A stretch of DNA of 64,000 nt from a bacterium (GCA_965216635.1 OZ244188.1:1024001-1088000); one strand, 5' to 3'. Positions 30,695 through 41,172 are shown, numbered from the stretch's first letter. Notes: generated by a model from the sequence alone, not told the origin. Made by a program: numbers and translations.

Positions 30695-32115
30695 AAAAAG
30701 AAATATTAAACTGCTGTCAAAAAATCAAAAAAAGGTTTTTTAAACATAGATTTTGGACATTAGTAATCAGTGGAATTTTAGGAATAATATTTTTTTTCTT
30801 ATTTTTATGGGCTTATGATTATCTTTCTTGTTATTTTATTGCATTAGAAAATATAAGCAATTTAAGAATTAGAGCAAATTTATCAATAGTATTTTTAGCA
30901 CTTTTTGTTTCTCTTGTTTTATGGTTTTTTAGAACTCACGATACAAAAGAACAGCTAGACAAGACACAAACGAATATAGAACAGCAAGATTTCCACGATG
31001 CTTTGAGTATGTTAGCCGATGACAAACTTATCTCCCAAGAAATAGCCGTGCAAAGACTCATCAAAATTTCCGAAAGCAATCCAGAATACGACGAAACCAT
31101 CAAACTTGCCTTCATCAAAAGAATGAAAGCCACCTACAAAGAAGCCGATGAAGCTTTAGCCAAAGCGGAAGTATCAAAATATGAAAGTGTAGAAGCAAAA
31201 GAAAAATTAAAACAAGAAAAATCTTATACAACAATAGAAGCAGCAGAAAAAGCAAAAATAGAAACAGCAGAGGTGATAATAAAAGCACTCAAAAAAGTAG
31301 AAAGAAGAACCTACGCTCAGCATATTTTTCGTTGGTTTATCGAAAAATATAAAAATAAGGAGTTAGATTTAAAAAATTTAGATCTTAGAAATCAAGATTT
31401 TATTGTAATGGATAGAAAAAAAAAGACATATATAACTGATTTTAAGGATAAAGAAGGAAATGCTTTTGAATTAGATTGTGTGAATTTAGCAGGAGCAAAT
31501 TTAACAAATGCAGATTTAAGTGGAGCAAATTTAAAAGAGGAAAATTTAATAGGAGTAAATTTAACAAATGCAAATTTAAGTGGAACAATTTTAACAAGAG
31601 CAAAATTAACCAATGCATATTTAAGTAAAGCGATTTTAACAAAAGCAAATTTAAGTGGAGCAGATTTAAGTGAAGCAGATTTAACAGGAGCAGATTTAAC
31701 AAATGCATATTTAAATGGAGCAGATTTAAGTGAAGCAGATTTAACAGGAGCAGATTTAACAAATGCATATTTAAATGGAGCAGATTTAAGAGAAGCATAT
31801 TTAAGAGAAGCAAATTTAACAAATGCATATTTAAGTGAAGCATATTTAAATGGAGCAGATTTAACAAATGCATATTTAAGTGAAGCAAATTTAACAAATG
31901 CATATTTAAGAGGAGCAAATTTATCAAGAGCAGATTTAGAAGAGGCAAATTTATCTTATGTTAGCTTGCAGATAGCTAAGAATCTCACTTATAAACAACT
32001 AACTTGGGTAAAAAGTTTATACGAAACGGAAGGATTAGAAACTGTATTGAAACCAGAAGAACTCAATAGATTAAAAAAAGAAAAACCAGAATTATTTGAA
32101 CCACTAGAAAAATGA
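30691..32115 (+). CDS. Membrane-anchored pentapeptide-repeat protein
   Basis: 2 TM helices, long A(D/N/Y)Lxx repeat run; overlaps mod stop. Confidence 0.9.
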   Translation: MKKEILNCCQKIKKRFFKHRFWTLVISGILGIIFFFLFLWAYDYLSCYFIALENISNLRIRANLSIVFLALFVSLVLWFFRTHDTKEQLDKTQTNIEQQDFHDALSMLADDKLISQEIAVQRLIKISESNPEYDETIKLAFIKRMKATYKEADEALAKAEVSKYESVEAKEKLKQEKSYTTIEAAEKAKIETAEVIIKALKKVERRTYAQHIFRWFIEKYKNKELDLKNLDLRNQDFIVMDRKKKTYITDFKDKEGNAFELDCVNLAGANLTNADLSGANLKEENLIGVNLTNANLSGTILTRAKLTNAYLSKAILTKANLSGADLSEADLTGADLTNAYLNGADLSEADLTGADLTNAYLNGADLREAYLREANLTNAYLSEAYLNGADLTNAYLSEANLTNAYLRGANLSRADLEEANLSYVSLQIAKNLTYKQLTWVKSLYETEGLETVLKPEELNRLKKEKPELFEPLEK

Positions 32116-32136
32116 AAAATTATTTTAATTCTTAAA

Positions 32137-32210
32137 ATGAAACTAAAATTTTAAAAACTACCACTCCAAACCAAAGTAGTAGCTGGTATTATTTCAGGTT
32201 TTATTATTAT
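32137..32210 (+). pseudogene. Remnant of a res gene start
   Basis: ATGAAACTAAAATTTTAAAAACTACCACTCCAAACCAAAGTAGTAG resembles res start at 33955 with an in-frame TAA. Confidence 0.65.
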
Positions 32211-32255
32211 TAAATTTATAGTAGTATCATTGAAAACAAATTATCTTAAAATAAA

Positions 32256-32594
32256 ATGTACTATCGTAGAAAAATTTTATTGAGTATTTTAGAGAAATCT
32301 AAAAACCAAACCCTTACTAAATTGCGTCTGCAAAAAATTTTGTTTTTGTTTTCCAAAAAACAGACTATTCCTGTGTTTGATTTTGTACCCCACAAGCAAG
32401 GTTGCTTTTCTTTTCAAGCGACTAAAGATTTATCTGTTTTAGAGACGCATTACCAACAAATAGAAAATCACAACAAAAAATGGAGACTCAAAGAAAATCA
32501 CAATTATTTTACTGAACTAAACCCAGAGGACAAAAAGAATTTAAACCTAAACATAAAAAACAAAAATGGAAACCCTACCAATTATTATTCCTGA
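32256..32594 (+). pseudogene. Truncated N-terminal fragment of a DUF488-type protein
   Basis: MYYRRKILL...LQK.LFLF...FDFVP.K.GCFSFQA..DL recalled as the N-terminus of longer proteins; interrupted by the KAP gene. Confidence 0.45.
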
Positions 32595-33927
32595 ATTAGA
32601 AATTGACCCTGAGGAAGGCTTTGAAAAAAATGATCTTTTTAAATTCAAAGAATTTGGAAGTAAATTAGCAAATCTTATTCTTGGTTGTGGAGGCAATATT
32701 ACCATCGGACTAGAAGGTGAATGGGGAACTGGAAAAACTACCTTTATAAAAATGTGGCAAGGGCATATTAAAAATCATTTTGAAAATTCTATGCAAAGCA
32801 TCTATTTTAATGCTTTTGCTAATGATTATCAAAAAGATCTATTTTTAGCTTTAGTATCTCAAATATACAATTTGATTGAAGATAAAGATAAAACTATTAA
32901 AGAAAATTTTACAAAACATACAAAAAAAATTGCTCTAGCAATGGCAAAAGGTTCTTTGAAATTAGGTGTTAATGTTTTATCCGCTGGAATTATTAAAGGT
33001 GATGAAATATCAAAAATAGTATCTGATGAAGTTAATAAGTTTGTTGATGATAACTTAAAAAGTGTAAAAAACAATGCAAATTTAATAGAAGATTTTAAAA
33101 CTAATTTAGAAAAATGGATTGAAAACCAAAAAAATCCTGTTGTCTTTATTATTGATGAACTAGACAGATGCCGACCAGATTTTGCCTTAGAGCTAATTGA
33201 AAAAATCAAACATTTTTTTTCTGTGAAAGGTTTAGTTTTTCTTTTGGTGGTAAATAAAGAGCAATTAGAATCCTCTATTGAGCACAAATACGGAGTAAAA
33301 GATGCGTCAACCTACTTACAAAAATTCATCCATTTTTGGCAAAAATTACCTAAAAAAACAATTGATAGAACGAGATTTTATGGAAATGACTATGAAAATA
33401 TACTTGATTATATAGCTGTTTATAGAAATCAATTTACTAATTTTTCTGGTGTATTTTTCCTATTACAAAAACTAGCAGAGAATTTTAAAATAACAATCAG
33501 ACAATTTCAAAGAATATACACATATTTAGCTTTTATCAATAATATATTAGTAAAGAAAAGACCATATATACCTCTATCTGGGACAGCTCCAAATATAATT
33601 ACTTTTGTTTGTTATGCAAAGGTGTGTGATTCTGATATTTTGGAAGATATTGTAAATAATCGTAATAAAACAAAAGTTTTAGAAAAAATAAAAAAATTTA
33701 AAAAAATTGAATCACATATAGACGATTTTCATATAAAAACTAAAACTCATGAAATGAAAGTTATTTATAATCTATATAGTTTAATTAAATATGAAATATC
33801 TACAAAAGAAGAGAGAGAGAAACAAAAAGATGAAAACTTGACTTTTAAAAATCTTATAGAAGATCAGTTTAAATTTGAAAGAGATAATCTAACAAAATTT
33901 TATTACGATTGTATTCATTTTTTTTAA
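32566..33927 (+). CDS. KAP family P-loop NTPase
   Basis: GEWGTGKT, FNAF..D, IIDELDRC.P.FA..L.E.IKH, YLQKFI. Confidence 0.9.
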   Translation: METLPIIIPELEIDPEEGFEKNDLFKFKEFGSKLANLILGCGGNITIGLEGEWGTGKTTFIKMWQGHIKNHFENSMQSIYFNAFANDYQKDLFLALVSQIYNLIEDKDKTIKENFTKHTKKIALAMAKGSLKLGVNVLSAGIIKGDEISKIVSDEVNKFVDDNLKSVKNNANLIEDFKTNLEKWIENQKNPVVFIIDELDRCRPDFALELIEKIKHFFSVKGLVFLLVVNKEQLESSIEHKYGVKDASTYLQKFIHFWQKLPKKTIDRTRFYGNDYENILDYIAVYRNQFTNFSGVFFLLQKLAENFKITIRQFQRIYTYLAFINNILVKKRPYIPLSGTAPNIITFVCYAKVCDSDILEDIVNNRNKTKVLEKIKKFKKIESHIDDFHIKTKTHEMKVIYNLYSLIKYEISTKEEREKQKDENLTFKNLIEDQFKFERDNLTKFYYDCIHFF

Positions 33928-33954
33928 TAGAATTTATATTTACTACTAAAAACA

Positions 33955-36900
33955 ATGAAACTTAAGTTTGAAAAGCTACCCCACCAAACAAAAGCTGTAG
34001 AAAATATTTTGTCTGTTTTTGAGGATTGTGAGTTTAAAGAGCCAGATTCTAAAACAGAAATGGGGCTACAGACTAGAGCAAACCCCCGCCTAAATTTTGA
34101 AACACGCAATTTTGAAACACGCAATTTTGAAACAAGCAATTTTGAAACAAGCAATTTTGAAACAAGCAATTTTGGAACAAGCAATTTTGAAACAAGCAAT
34201 TTTGGAGCACGTAAATTTGAAACAAGCAATTTTGAAACACGCAATTTTAGAAGACTCCGAAAAAACATAGAAAGCATCCGCAAGGAAAACGAGCTAGCAA
34301 ATTATGGTGTAGTCAAAGTAGAAAAAAACGAGCCTCTAAACTTGGACATTTTGATGGAGACTGGCACGGGCAAAACCTTTACTTTCATTGATACGATTTA
34401 CCGCCTAAACCAAAATTTTGGCTTGGCAAAATTTATCGTGCTGGTGCCTTCTAACGCTATCCGCGCAGGCACTGTAAAAAATTTAGAAATCACCAAAGAA
34501 TACTTCCAAAATCACTACCACAAACAACTTTCAGTTTTGGATTATGCTGCAGGCACAATTTCAGGTTTTATCTTAAATTCCAACAAAAAAATTAGCGTCC
34601 TAATTGCTACTTTTGCGTCTTTTAATAGAATCACAAACAATATCCACAAGAAAAAATTGGAGCAGGGTCTTTTGGATAATTCCAAAAGCTACATAGAAGC
34701 GATTGCTAAAATTAAGCCCGTGATTATTATTGACGAACCGCACCGTGCTGGAGGAGAGCAAACGCAAAAGTTCTTACCGCGTTTTTCAGCACAGATTATT
34801 TTTCGCTTTGGGGCTACCTACAAAAAAAATAGTAAGGGAGGAGATTATTGCAATTTAATTTATGCCTTAGACAGTGCGACTGCGTTTAGGGAAAACTTGG
34901 TAAAATCTATTACGGTGCATAGTCTGGGCTTGCAAAATAGGCTAGAAAGCTATTTACAATATAAAAGTAAAACGGGAACAAGTGGAAATTATCGGGCTAC
35001 TTTGGAATACACTGACGGAGCTAAAAAACAGACAGCAGAAATAACAGCGGGAAAAAATCTAGCAGATACATTTGGTAAACCAGAGTTGCAAGGCTATATC
35101 GTAGAAAAAATTACTAGCAAAGAAATTATTTTTGATAATAATTTTGAACTTCTTTTTGGAGTTTCGGAATCCTGTAGCGAATTGAAAAAGGTGGTGCAAA
35201 AAGGAATGTTAAAACAGGCAATAGATTTGCATTTTGCAAAGGAGCAGACTTTGTTTTTGCAAAATATTAAAGCCTTGTCTTTGTTTTTTATTGATAGGGT
35301 GGACGATTATTTGGGAACGGGCAAAGAGCTGGGTGAATTGGCACAGGATTTTGAGCGGCTTTATCAGACAAAAAAAGAAGAGCTTTTGCAGCAAAAAAAT
35401 TTGAACGAGGATTACCGAGCCTATCTTTTGCGGCAGACGAGGGTGCATAACGGTTATTTTTCTAGGTCTAATAAAGAAAAAGACAACCAAGCAACGATTG
35501 ATCTTATTTTAAGAGAAAAGGAAAAACTGCTGAGTTTTGAAACTCCTTTGCGTTTTATTTTTTCTAAGTGGGCTTTGCAAGAGGGTTGGGATAATCCGAA
35601 TATTTTCACACTTACAAAACTAGCTCCTAGTGCGTCTCATATTTCCAAATTGCAACAAATTGGACGAGGTCTGCGGTTAGCGGTGACGCAAACAGGGGAT
35701 AGAATTACTAAAGAAGAAAAGAATTTTGAAACAGTCAATTTATTGGATGTAGTGGTAGCCCAAGACGAGGGCGATTTTGTCAGAGGCATCCAAGAGAATA
35801 TTAGCGAAAATAGTTTGTTGAAAATCAGCGGTTTTACCAATAGAGATTTGATGGATGCTGGAATTTTTAGCAATCAAAGAGAAGCGAATAAAGAAATAGA
35901 ACTTTTGGAAAGTTTGGGATTTTTGCAAGTGGACGACAATTATTCTTGCGAGCTAGTTTTAAGCAAGGACGAGTTTGAGAAAAAAAAAACAGAAATAGCG
36001 AATGAAAAATTTCTCGCACACTTAGAAGCTATTTACAGAACTAGGGACAGGGTAAAAATAAGTGGCAGAGAAAGGCGAAAGGTAAAAATCAACAAGCAAA
36101 ATTTTGCTAAATTTAAGCAGCTTTGGGAAAATCTCAATAGCAAAGCAGTTTGTCGCTACACAATAGATTCTCAAAAATTACAGCAAAATATTATCTCTGC
36201 TATCAATCAAGATAAGCAAATTAAAAAAATGGAATTAGTGAACACAACAACCACAAAAGCAGAGGAAGTGCGAGAGACAGAGGAAACTTCAACAACACTA
36301 GGGAATATTCAAGGCGAGGATATAAACGTTCAAGATTTTTTTCATCGTATGTGCCAAAATACCCTGCTCAGCCTAAAAACTTTACTGTTTGTGATGGAAA
36401 ATATTGACCTAGAAAAATACCGTTCTGTGCAAAGCAATCCTCGGTTTGCTTTACACAAAATAAGCGAAATTTGTATTGCAGAGACGCATAAACTTATGGT
36501 GCAAGGCATAGGTTTTGAGATTGTAGAGACGCAAATCAAAAATACTTCCTTGACCGACGACAAGGGCGAGCCTATGGGAGAAATAGATCTCAGTCAACTT
36601 GGCGAAGAGGGTTATAAATTAAAAACCGAAGCGGCTAGCAGAAAATCTATTTTTGAAAACTGGATAGGCACGGATAGTAAAATTGAAAAAACAACAGCAG
36701 AAGAAAGTAACAAAACAGAAATTGAAGTTTTTGCTAAATTGCCAAAAATTGGCATTGAGACTCCCATTGGAAAATACACCCCCGATTTTGCTTTTGTAGT
36801 GCGAGGCAATCAAGGTAAAATGCTTTACCTTGTGATAGAAACCAAAGGCTACGATAGCAAAGAAGAAATACCGCAGCTAGAACAAGACAAAATTTCTGTT

Positions 36901-37029
36901 GGAGAAAAATTCTGCGAGGCGTTAAGAGAAAAAAACAAATACTTAAACATTCATTTTAAGACAAAAATCAATAGAGAAAAACTTGGTGATATTATCAGCG
37001 AAATTCAAAAATCTACTATAGACCTTTGA
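33955..37029 (+). CDS. res: Type III restriction endonuclease subunit Res
   Basis: METGTGKT, DEPH, LQEGWDNPN, QQIGRGLRL, C-terminal Y.PDF...IETKG. Confidence 0.93.
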   Translation: MKLKFEKLPHQTKAVENILSVFEDCEFKEPDSKTEMGLQTRANPRLNFETRNFETRNFETSNFETSNFETSNFGTSNFETSNFGARKFETSNFETRNFRRLRKNIESIRKENELANYGVVKVEKNEPLNLDILMETGTGKTFTFIDTIYRLNQNFGLAKFIVLVPSNAIRAGTVKNLEITKEYFQNHYHKQLSVLDYAAGTISGFILNSNKKISVLIATFASFNRITNNIHKKKLEQGLLDNSKSYIEAIAKIKPVIIIDEPHRAGGEQTQKFLPRFSAQIIFRFGATYKKNSKGGDYCNLIYALDSATAFRENLVKSITVHSLGLQNRLESYLQYKSKTGTSGNYRATLEYTDGAKKQTAEITAGKNLADTFGKPELQGYIVEKITSKEIIFDNNFELLFGVSESCSELKKVVQKGMLKQAIDLHFAKEQTLFLQNIKALSLFFIDRVDDYLGTGKELGELAQDFERLYQTKKEELLQQKNLNEDYRAYLLRQTRVHNGYFSRSNKEKDNQATIDLILREKEKLLSFETPLRFIFSKWALQEGWDNPNIFTLTKLAPSASHISKLQQIGRGLRLAVTQTGDRITKEEKNFETVNLLDVVVAQDEGDFVRGIQENISENSLLKISGFTNRDLMDAGIFSNQREANKEIELLESLGFLQVDDNYSCELVLSKDEFEKKKTEIANEKFLAHLEAIYRTRDRVKISGRERRKVKINKQNFAKFKQLWENLNSKAVCRYTIDSQKLQQNIISAINQDKQIKKMELVNTTTTKAEEVRETEETSTTLGNIQGEDINVQDFFHRMCQNTLLSLKTLLFVMENIDLEKYRSVQSNPRFALHKISEICIAETHKLMVQGIGFEIVETQIKNTSLTDDKGEPMGEIDLSQLGEEGYKLKTEAASRKSIFENWIGTDSKIEKTTAEESNKTEIEVFAKLPKIGIETPIGKYTPDFAFVVRGNQGKMLYLVIETKGYDSKEEIPQLEQDKISVGEKFCEALREKNKYLNIHFKTKINREKLGDIISEIQKSTIDL

Positions 37030-37230
37030 ATTTGCCAAATAGGACAAAACCAGCTGTGACGAGCTAGCCAAATGGTTAGAACAGGTGCAAAAAAAATTTC
37101 CCAAGTTAAAAATTATTATCAATGGATGAATTTACTCCTGCCAAGCAAAAAGCTAAAAAATACATACTCGCATCGTTTCACTTTTTATTGAATGGGGTTA
37201 TAATAAAAACATTATTAAACTAAAAAAAAA

Positions 37231-39069
37231 ATGAAAAAAGAAAACTGGCTTAAAAAAACCACTTCTAAAATCAAAGAAAAATACCAAGCATTTTTAGAAA
37301 ATAAAAAGAATCATCAAACTTTTCAAAATTCTAAAACTAGTCAAGAAATTACGGATTTTTGGTTTAGAGTGATAACATTTGCTTTATTAATATTTGTTGT
37401 CGCTTTATTTTTTTTATCTTTTAGCGATAAATTTTGTTTAAATGAAAAAATAGAAGAAGTTTTAACTTGGATCGTAGCTGTGGGGATAATTGTTATTCCT
37501 ATAATTCTATTACATATTTTGACTTATCCTGTTTTTTTAAAGATAACAGACAAAATAGAAATAGAAAAAAGATCACAAAAATACAAAAGAAACTTTTGTG
37601 TTTCAGTTGTTTTTTTTTGTGTCATATTTTTCCTAATAGCAGAATGCTATAAGGATATTTTTTTTATAATTTTTTCTTGTACTTTATTAGTTACATTGCT
37701 TTTAACTATTTTAGTTTTTCCACAACTACTTAAAAAATGGTTTTTTAGATATAGGTTTTTATTTTTAGTAATAGGGGCTGTATCTGGTGTAGGTCTGCTT
37801 TTGATTTTTATGGAATATGAAATTCTACCTACATTGCTCTCTTCTTTTGACAACGAAAATAACAATACAAGCAGTAATATATATACAAGATTTATAGCTA
37901 GTTTTTTAACAATCATTTTAAGTGTTACTGTTCTTTTATTTTTATGGATTTTTAGGACTCACGATACAAGAGAGCAACTAGACAAGGCACAAACGAATAT
38001 AGAACAGCAGGATTTTCACGATGCTTTGAGTATGCTAGCCGATGATAAACTTGTCTCCCAAGAAATAGCCGTGCAAAGATTGATTGATATTTCTAAAACT
38101 ACCAAAGCATACGACGAAACCATCAAACTTGCCTTCATCAAAAGAATGAAAGCTCCTTATAAAGAGGCTGATAATATGATAAAAACAATTAAAGAAATAA
38201 AAGTAAGTAATAAAATGAAAAGTGTAAAAGCAAGTATGCTTTTAGAAGAACCACAACCAGAAGAAATATTTGAATTATTAAAAAACGTAACAAGACGTAG
38301 CTACGCCCAACATATTTTTCTTTGGCTTGGAGAAAGATATAAAAAAAACGAACTGGATTTAGAAAAATTAGATCTTAGAAATCAAGATTTTATTGTGATG
38401 GTTAGAAAAAAAGAGACATATATAACTGATTTCAAGGATAAAGAAGGAAATGTTTTTGAATTAGATTGTGTGAATTTAGCAGGAGCAAATTTAAGTGGAG
38501 CAAATTTGAGTGGAGCAAACTTAAAAGAGAAAAATTTAATAGGGGCAAATTTAACAAATGTAAATTTAAGTGGAGCAATTTTAACAGAGGCAAATTTAAG
38601 TGGAGCAAATTTAACAAAAGCAAATTTGGTGGGAGAAGATTTATCAGGAGCAAATTTAAGTGGAGCAGATTTAAGAAATGCAAATTTAACAAGATCAATT
38701 TTAACAAGAGCAGATTTATCAAGAGCAATTTTAATAGGAGCAGATTTATCAGGAGCAGATTTAACTTATACAGATTTAACAAATGCAAATTTAAGAGGAG
38801 CAGATTTAAGTGGAGCAGATTTAAGTGGAGCAGATTTAATAAATGCAAATTTAAGAACAGCAAATTTAGCAGGAGCAGATTTAGCAGAGGCAAATTTATC
38901 TTATGTTGGCTTGGAGATAGCTGAGAATCTCACTTATGAGCAATTAGCTTCGGCAAAAAGTTTGCATCAAACTAGTGGAATACCTGAAAAAATAAAAATA
39001 TTGTTAGAAAAATTAAAACCAGAACTGCTTAAACCACTAAAAAAATATAGAGAGAGACCTTTGAATTAG
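37231..39069 (+). CDS. Multi-TM pentapeptide-repeat protein (paralog of 30691-32115)
   Basis: About 6 TM helices, shared [26 protein letters not shown] block, pentapeptide repeats. Confidence 0.9.
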   Translation: MKKENWLKKTTSKIKEKYQAFLENKKNHQTFQNSKTSQEITDFWFRVITFALLIFVVALFFLSFSDKFCLNEKIEEVLTWIVAVGIIVIPIILLHILTYPVFLKITDKIEIEKRSQKYKRNFCVSVVFFCVIFFLIAECYKDIFFIIFSCTLLVTLLLTILVFPQLLKKWFFRYRFLFLVIGAVSGVGLLLIFMEYEILPTLLSSFDNENNNTSSNIYTRFIASFLTIILSVTVLLFLWIFRTHDTREQLDKAQTNIEQQDFHDALSMLADDKLVSQEIAVQRLIDISKTTKAYDETIKLAFIKRMKAPYKEADNMIKTIKEIKVSNKMKSVKASMLLEEPQPEEIFELLKNVTRRSYAQHIFLWLGERYKKNELDLEKLDLRNQDFIVMVRKKETYITDFKDKEGNVFELDCVNLAGANLSGANLSGANLKEKNLIGANLTNVNLSGAILTEANLSGANLTKANLVGEDLSGANLSGADLRNANLTRSILTRADLSRAILIGADLSGADLTYTDLTNANLRGADLSGADLSGADLINANLRTANLAGADLAEANLSYVGLEIAENLTYEQLASAKSLHQTSGIPEKIKILLEKLKPELLKPLKKYRERPLN

Positions 39070-39426
39070 TGTTATATTTTGGCTAGACTTTGGTAAAATC
39101 TAGCTAAACTAGGAAAAGGTCTCATTATCTTTTGCTTGACATCAATGTTATATTTTGGCTAGATTAGGTAAAATCTAGCTAAACTAGGAAAATATTTCTT
39201 TAAAAAACCCTTGCATTAAGTTATATTTTGGCTAGACTTTGGTAAAATCTAGCTAAACTAGGAAAAGATCTCATTATCTTTTGCTTGACTTCAATGTTAT
39301 ATTTTGGCTAGACTTTGGTAAAATATAGCTAGACTAGGAAAATATTTCTTTAAAAAACCCTTGCATTAAGTTATATTTTGGCTAAACTTTGGTAAAAACT
39401 AGGTAAGTCTAGCTAAACTAGGAAAA
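39054..39426. repeat. Array of five ~47-bp palindromic units with alternating spacers
   Basis: GTTATATTTTGGCTAGAC..TCTAGCTAAACTAGGAAAA at 39071, 39147, 39220, 39296, 39370; spacers A,B,A',B. Confidence 0.9.
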
Positions 39427-39527
39427 TTTTTAAAAAAAATAAAGAATTCTTTTTTTTTATTTGCTTTTAATTTTTTTTCAGTTATATTTCTAATTTTAAT
39501 CTCTTCTAATCTTTATTAAATATTATT

Positions 39528-40787
39528 ATGCAAGAAGTATCAAAAATGGCGTTAAAAAACGCTCTTAAAAATTGTGAGACAAAAGTAGCCCAATTTAATC
39601 AATGGGCTAATAAATGGGCTGGCTTCAAATGGAATGGCGTTGTATTGCTAGGTGCGGTTTTGTTGAGTTTGCTATTTGTAGGTAATCTGCAAGCACAGAG
39701 CAGCGCTAGCACAAAACAGGGATTTTTTGCTGGTATTGTTTATCTACAAGGATTCGGAGTAGATACCACAAAAACTAGTACAAGCTCTACTACTGGCTAT
39801 GAAATCACTGGCTATGGAGAGGAAACCACTGGAATAGAAATTACTGAAATAAGATTGTCTCGCAGTCCAGAAGTAAGGGCTGGAATAAGCGCTTTAATGA
39901 CTGCAACCTGTCAAGAAGGCAAAGCGTCTGTTGATTCAAAGGGAACAGACTATTATTTTATTTCTAATAATTTCCACTCCTTTACTGAAGGCACAAAGTT
40001 GTCTAATTATGGAAATAACATCTTTCCAGTTCCCAGATATAATGGTAAAGACGAAAATACATCCGCTTGTTTTAACTATTTTTTCGGTGATCTTTCCTCC
40101 GACAGAACCACTATTAGTTTTTCTGAGTATGAGATAGCAACTCCAGATTCACTTTCAAAATCCCCCCTCCCCAGCACAGAGAGCGACGCGATCAACGGTG
40201 TCGGTCTGCAAGTCGGTTGGCGAGGTGAAAAATGGAGAGCCTCTCTTACTCACTTTACTGGCAAAGGTGGAGCTAACGAGCTCGTCAATACAGTAGTGAT
40301 GGCGGAGTATTTTTTTCACGAGGAGTTTTTTGCAGGAGGCGGTCTAGCGAGTATGAAACTTACCAATGGCTCTACTAGCGCCTCGGCTACTAGCCCCGTG
40401 TTAACGGTAGGCTATAAGGAGAACTTAACTCCCAACCTATTCTTTAATATTAGCTTGACAAAGTATATCTCGGGTATTTCTCTGAGCCGTTCTACTAATT
40501 CAGCTCAGATTCCTACTGGCAGAACTTTTAGCGAAACACAGTCAGGAGAAGGTGGTGATTCACTTACGATAGGAGCGGATATTTGCAATTCTCCGTCGTG
40601 CACCTCTACCACCATTAATTTTCAGGAGAACTACGTTACACCAACTTTGGATCACAGAATACAAGCAACCCAAGTCCGCACAAGAGATGTGGAAATACAA
40701 GAAGTTGAAACTCCAGCAGCGCAGAAGATAGAAGCCGAAATCAAAGCCCCCGTAGTCGTCAGCATCTCCTTGCTGTGGCGCTTTTAA
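39528..40787 (+). CDS. Outer-membrane beta-barrel protein with large loop insertions (paralog 2)
   Basis: Extended signal peptide, GFFAGIVY, GVGLQVGW, FFAGGGLA, PVLTVGY, C-terminal SLLWRF. Confidence 0.75.
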   Translation: MQEVSKMALKNALKNCETKVAQFNQWANKWAGFKWNGVVLLGAVLLSLLFVGNLQAQSSASTKQGFFAGIVYLQGFGVDTTKTSTSSTTGYEITGYGEETTGIEITEIRLSRSPEVRAGISALMTATCQEGKASVDSKGTDYYFISNNFHSFTEGTKLSNYGNNIFPVPRYNGKDENTSACFNYFFGDLSSDRTTISFSEYEIATPDSLSKSPLPSTESDAINGVGLQVGWRGEKWRASLTHFTGKGGANELVNTVVMAEYFFHEEFFAGGGLASMKLTNGSTSASATSPVLTVGYKENLTPNLFFNISLTKYISGISLSRSTNSAQIPTGRTFSETQSGEGGDSLTIGADICNSPSCTSTTINFQENYVTPTLDHRIQATQVRTRDVEIQEVETPAAQKIEAEIKAPVVVSISLLWRF

Positions 40788-40827
40788 CAAAAAAAAAACC
40801 TACAATGGATGTTGTGCAGCATAACAT

Positions 40828-40935
40828 GTAGAGACGCCCTACACGGGCGTCTTATATGATGTGCATAAACCACAAAAAAAACTATTTTAATAAAAGTTCT
40901 GAATTTATGAGACGCTCGTATAGAGCGTCTCTACA
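40828..40935. repeat. Inverted pair of GTAG-type REP-like hairpins
   Basis: TGTAGAGACGCCC..GGGCGTCT and GAGACGCTC..GAGCGTCTCTACA. Confidence 0.65.
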
Positions 40936-41143
40936 GACCTACATAAAATAAAAAATAACGCCCCGCATTTCCCCAAACATCTTCTTAAGAACGGGGACAC
41001 ATTTTTACCCAAAATGGTTGAATAAGCAAAAAATAACGTTCCCGCAAAAACACCTCCCCCGCCCCACCAAAACCCACCAAAAAAACAAAATTGTAGAGGA
41101 CATTTTTTTAATTCTGCCCTATAATCTTTTTATTTTTTAGAAC

Positions 41144-41172
41144 TTGACTTTAATAGGACAATTTGCTAAAAT
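41144..41172 (+). promoter_or_regulatory. Sigma70 promoter
   Basis: TTGACT-17-TAAAAT with extended TGn; duplicated at ~42074-42102. Confidence 0.6.

Noticed and set aside
31442..31948. Leu-rich antisense ORFs (also 38432-38893, 38466-38924)
   Set aside because: Shadows of the pentapeptide repeats on other frames or strands.
39079..39095. Sigma54 -24/-12 promoter in the array unit (TTGGCTAGACTTTGGT)
   Set aside because: Reads GG-N10-GT, lacking the invariant GC at -12.
39054..39426. CRISPR array (47-bp palindromic repeat with ~28-bp spacers)
   Set aside because: Spacers repeat as A,B,A',B, the repeats are degenerate and MITE-derived, the same core occurs almost spacer-less at 44.5 kb, and no cas genes are present.
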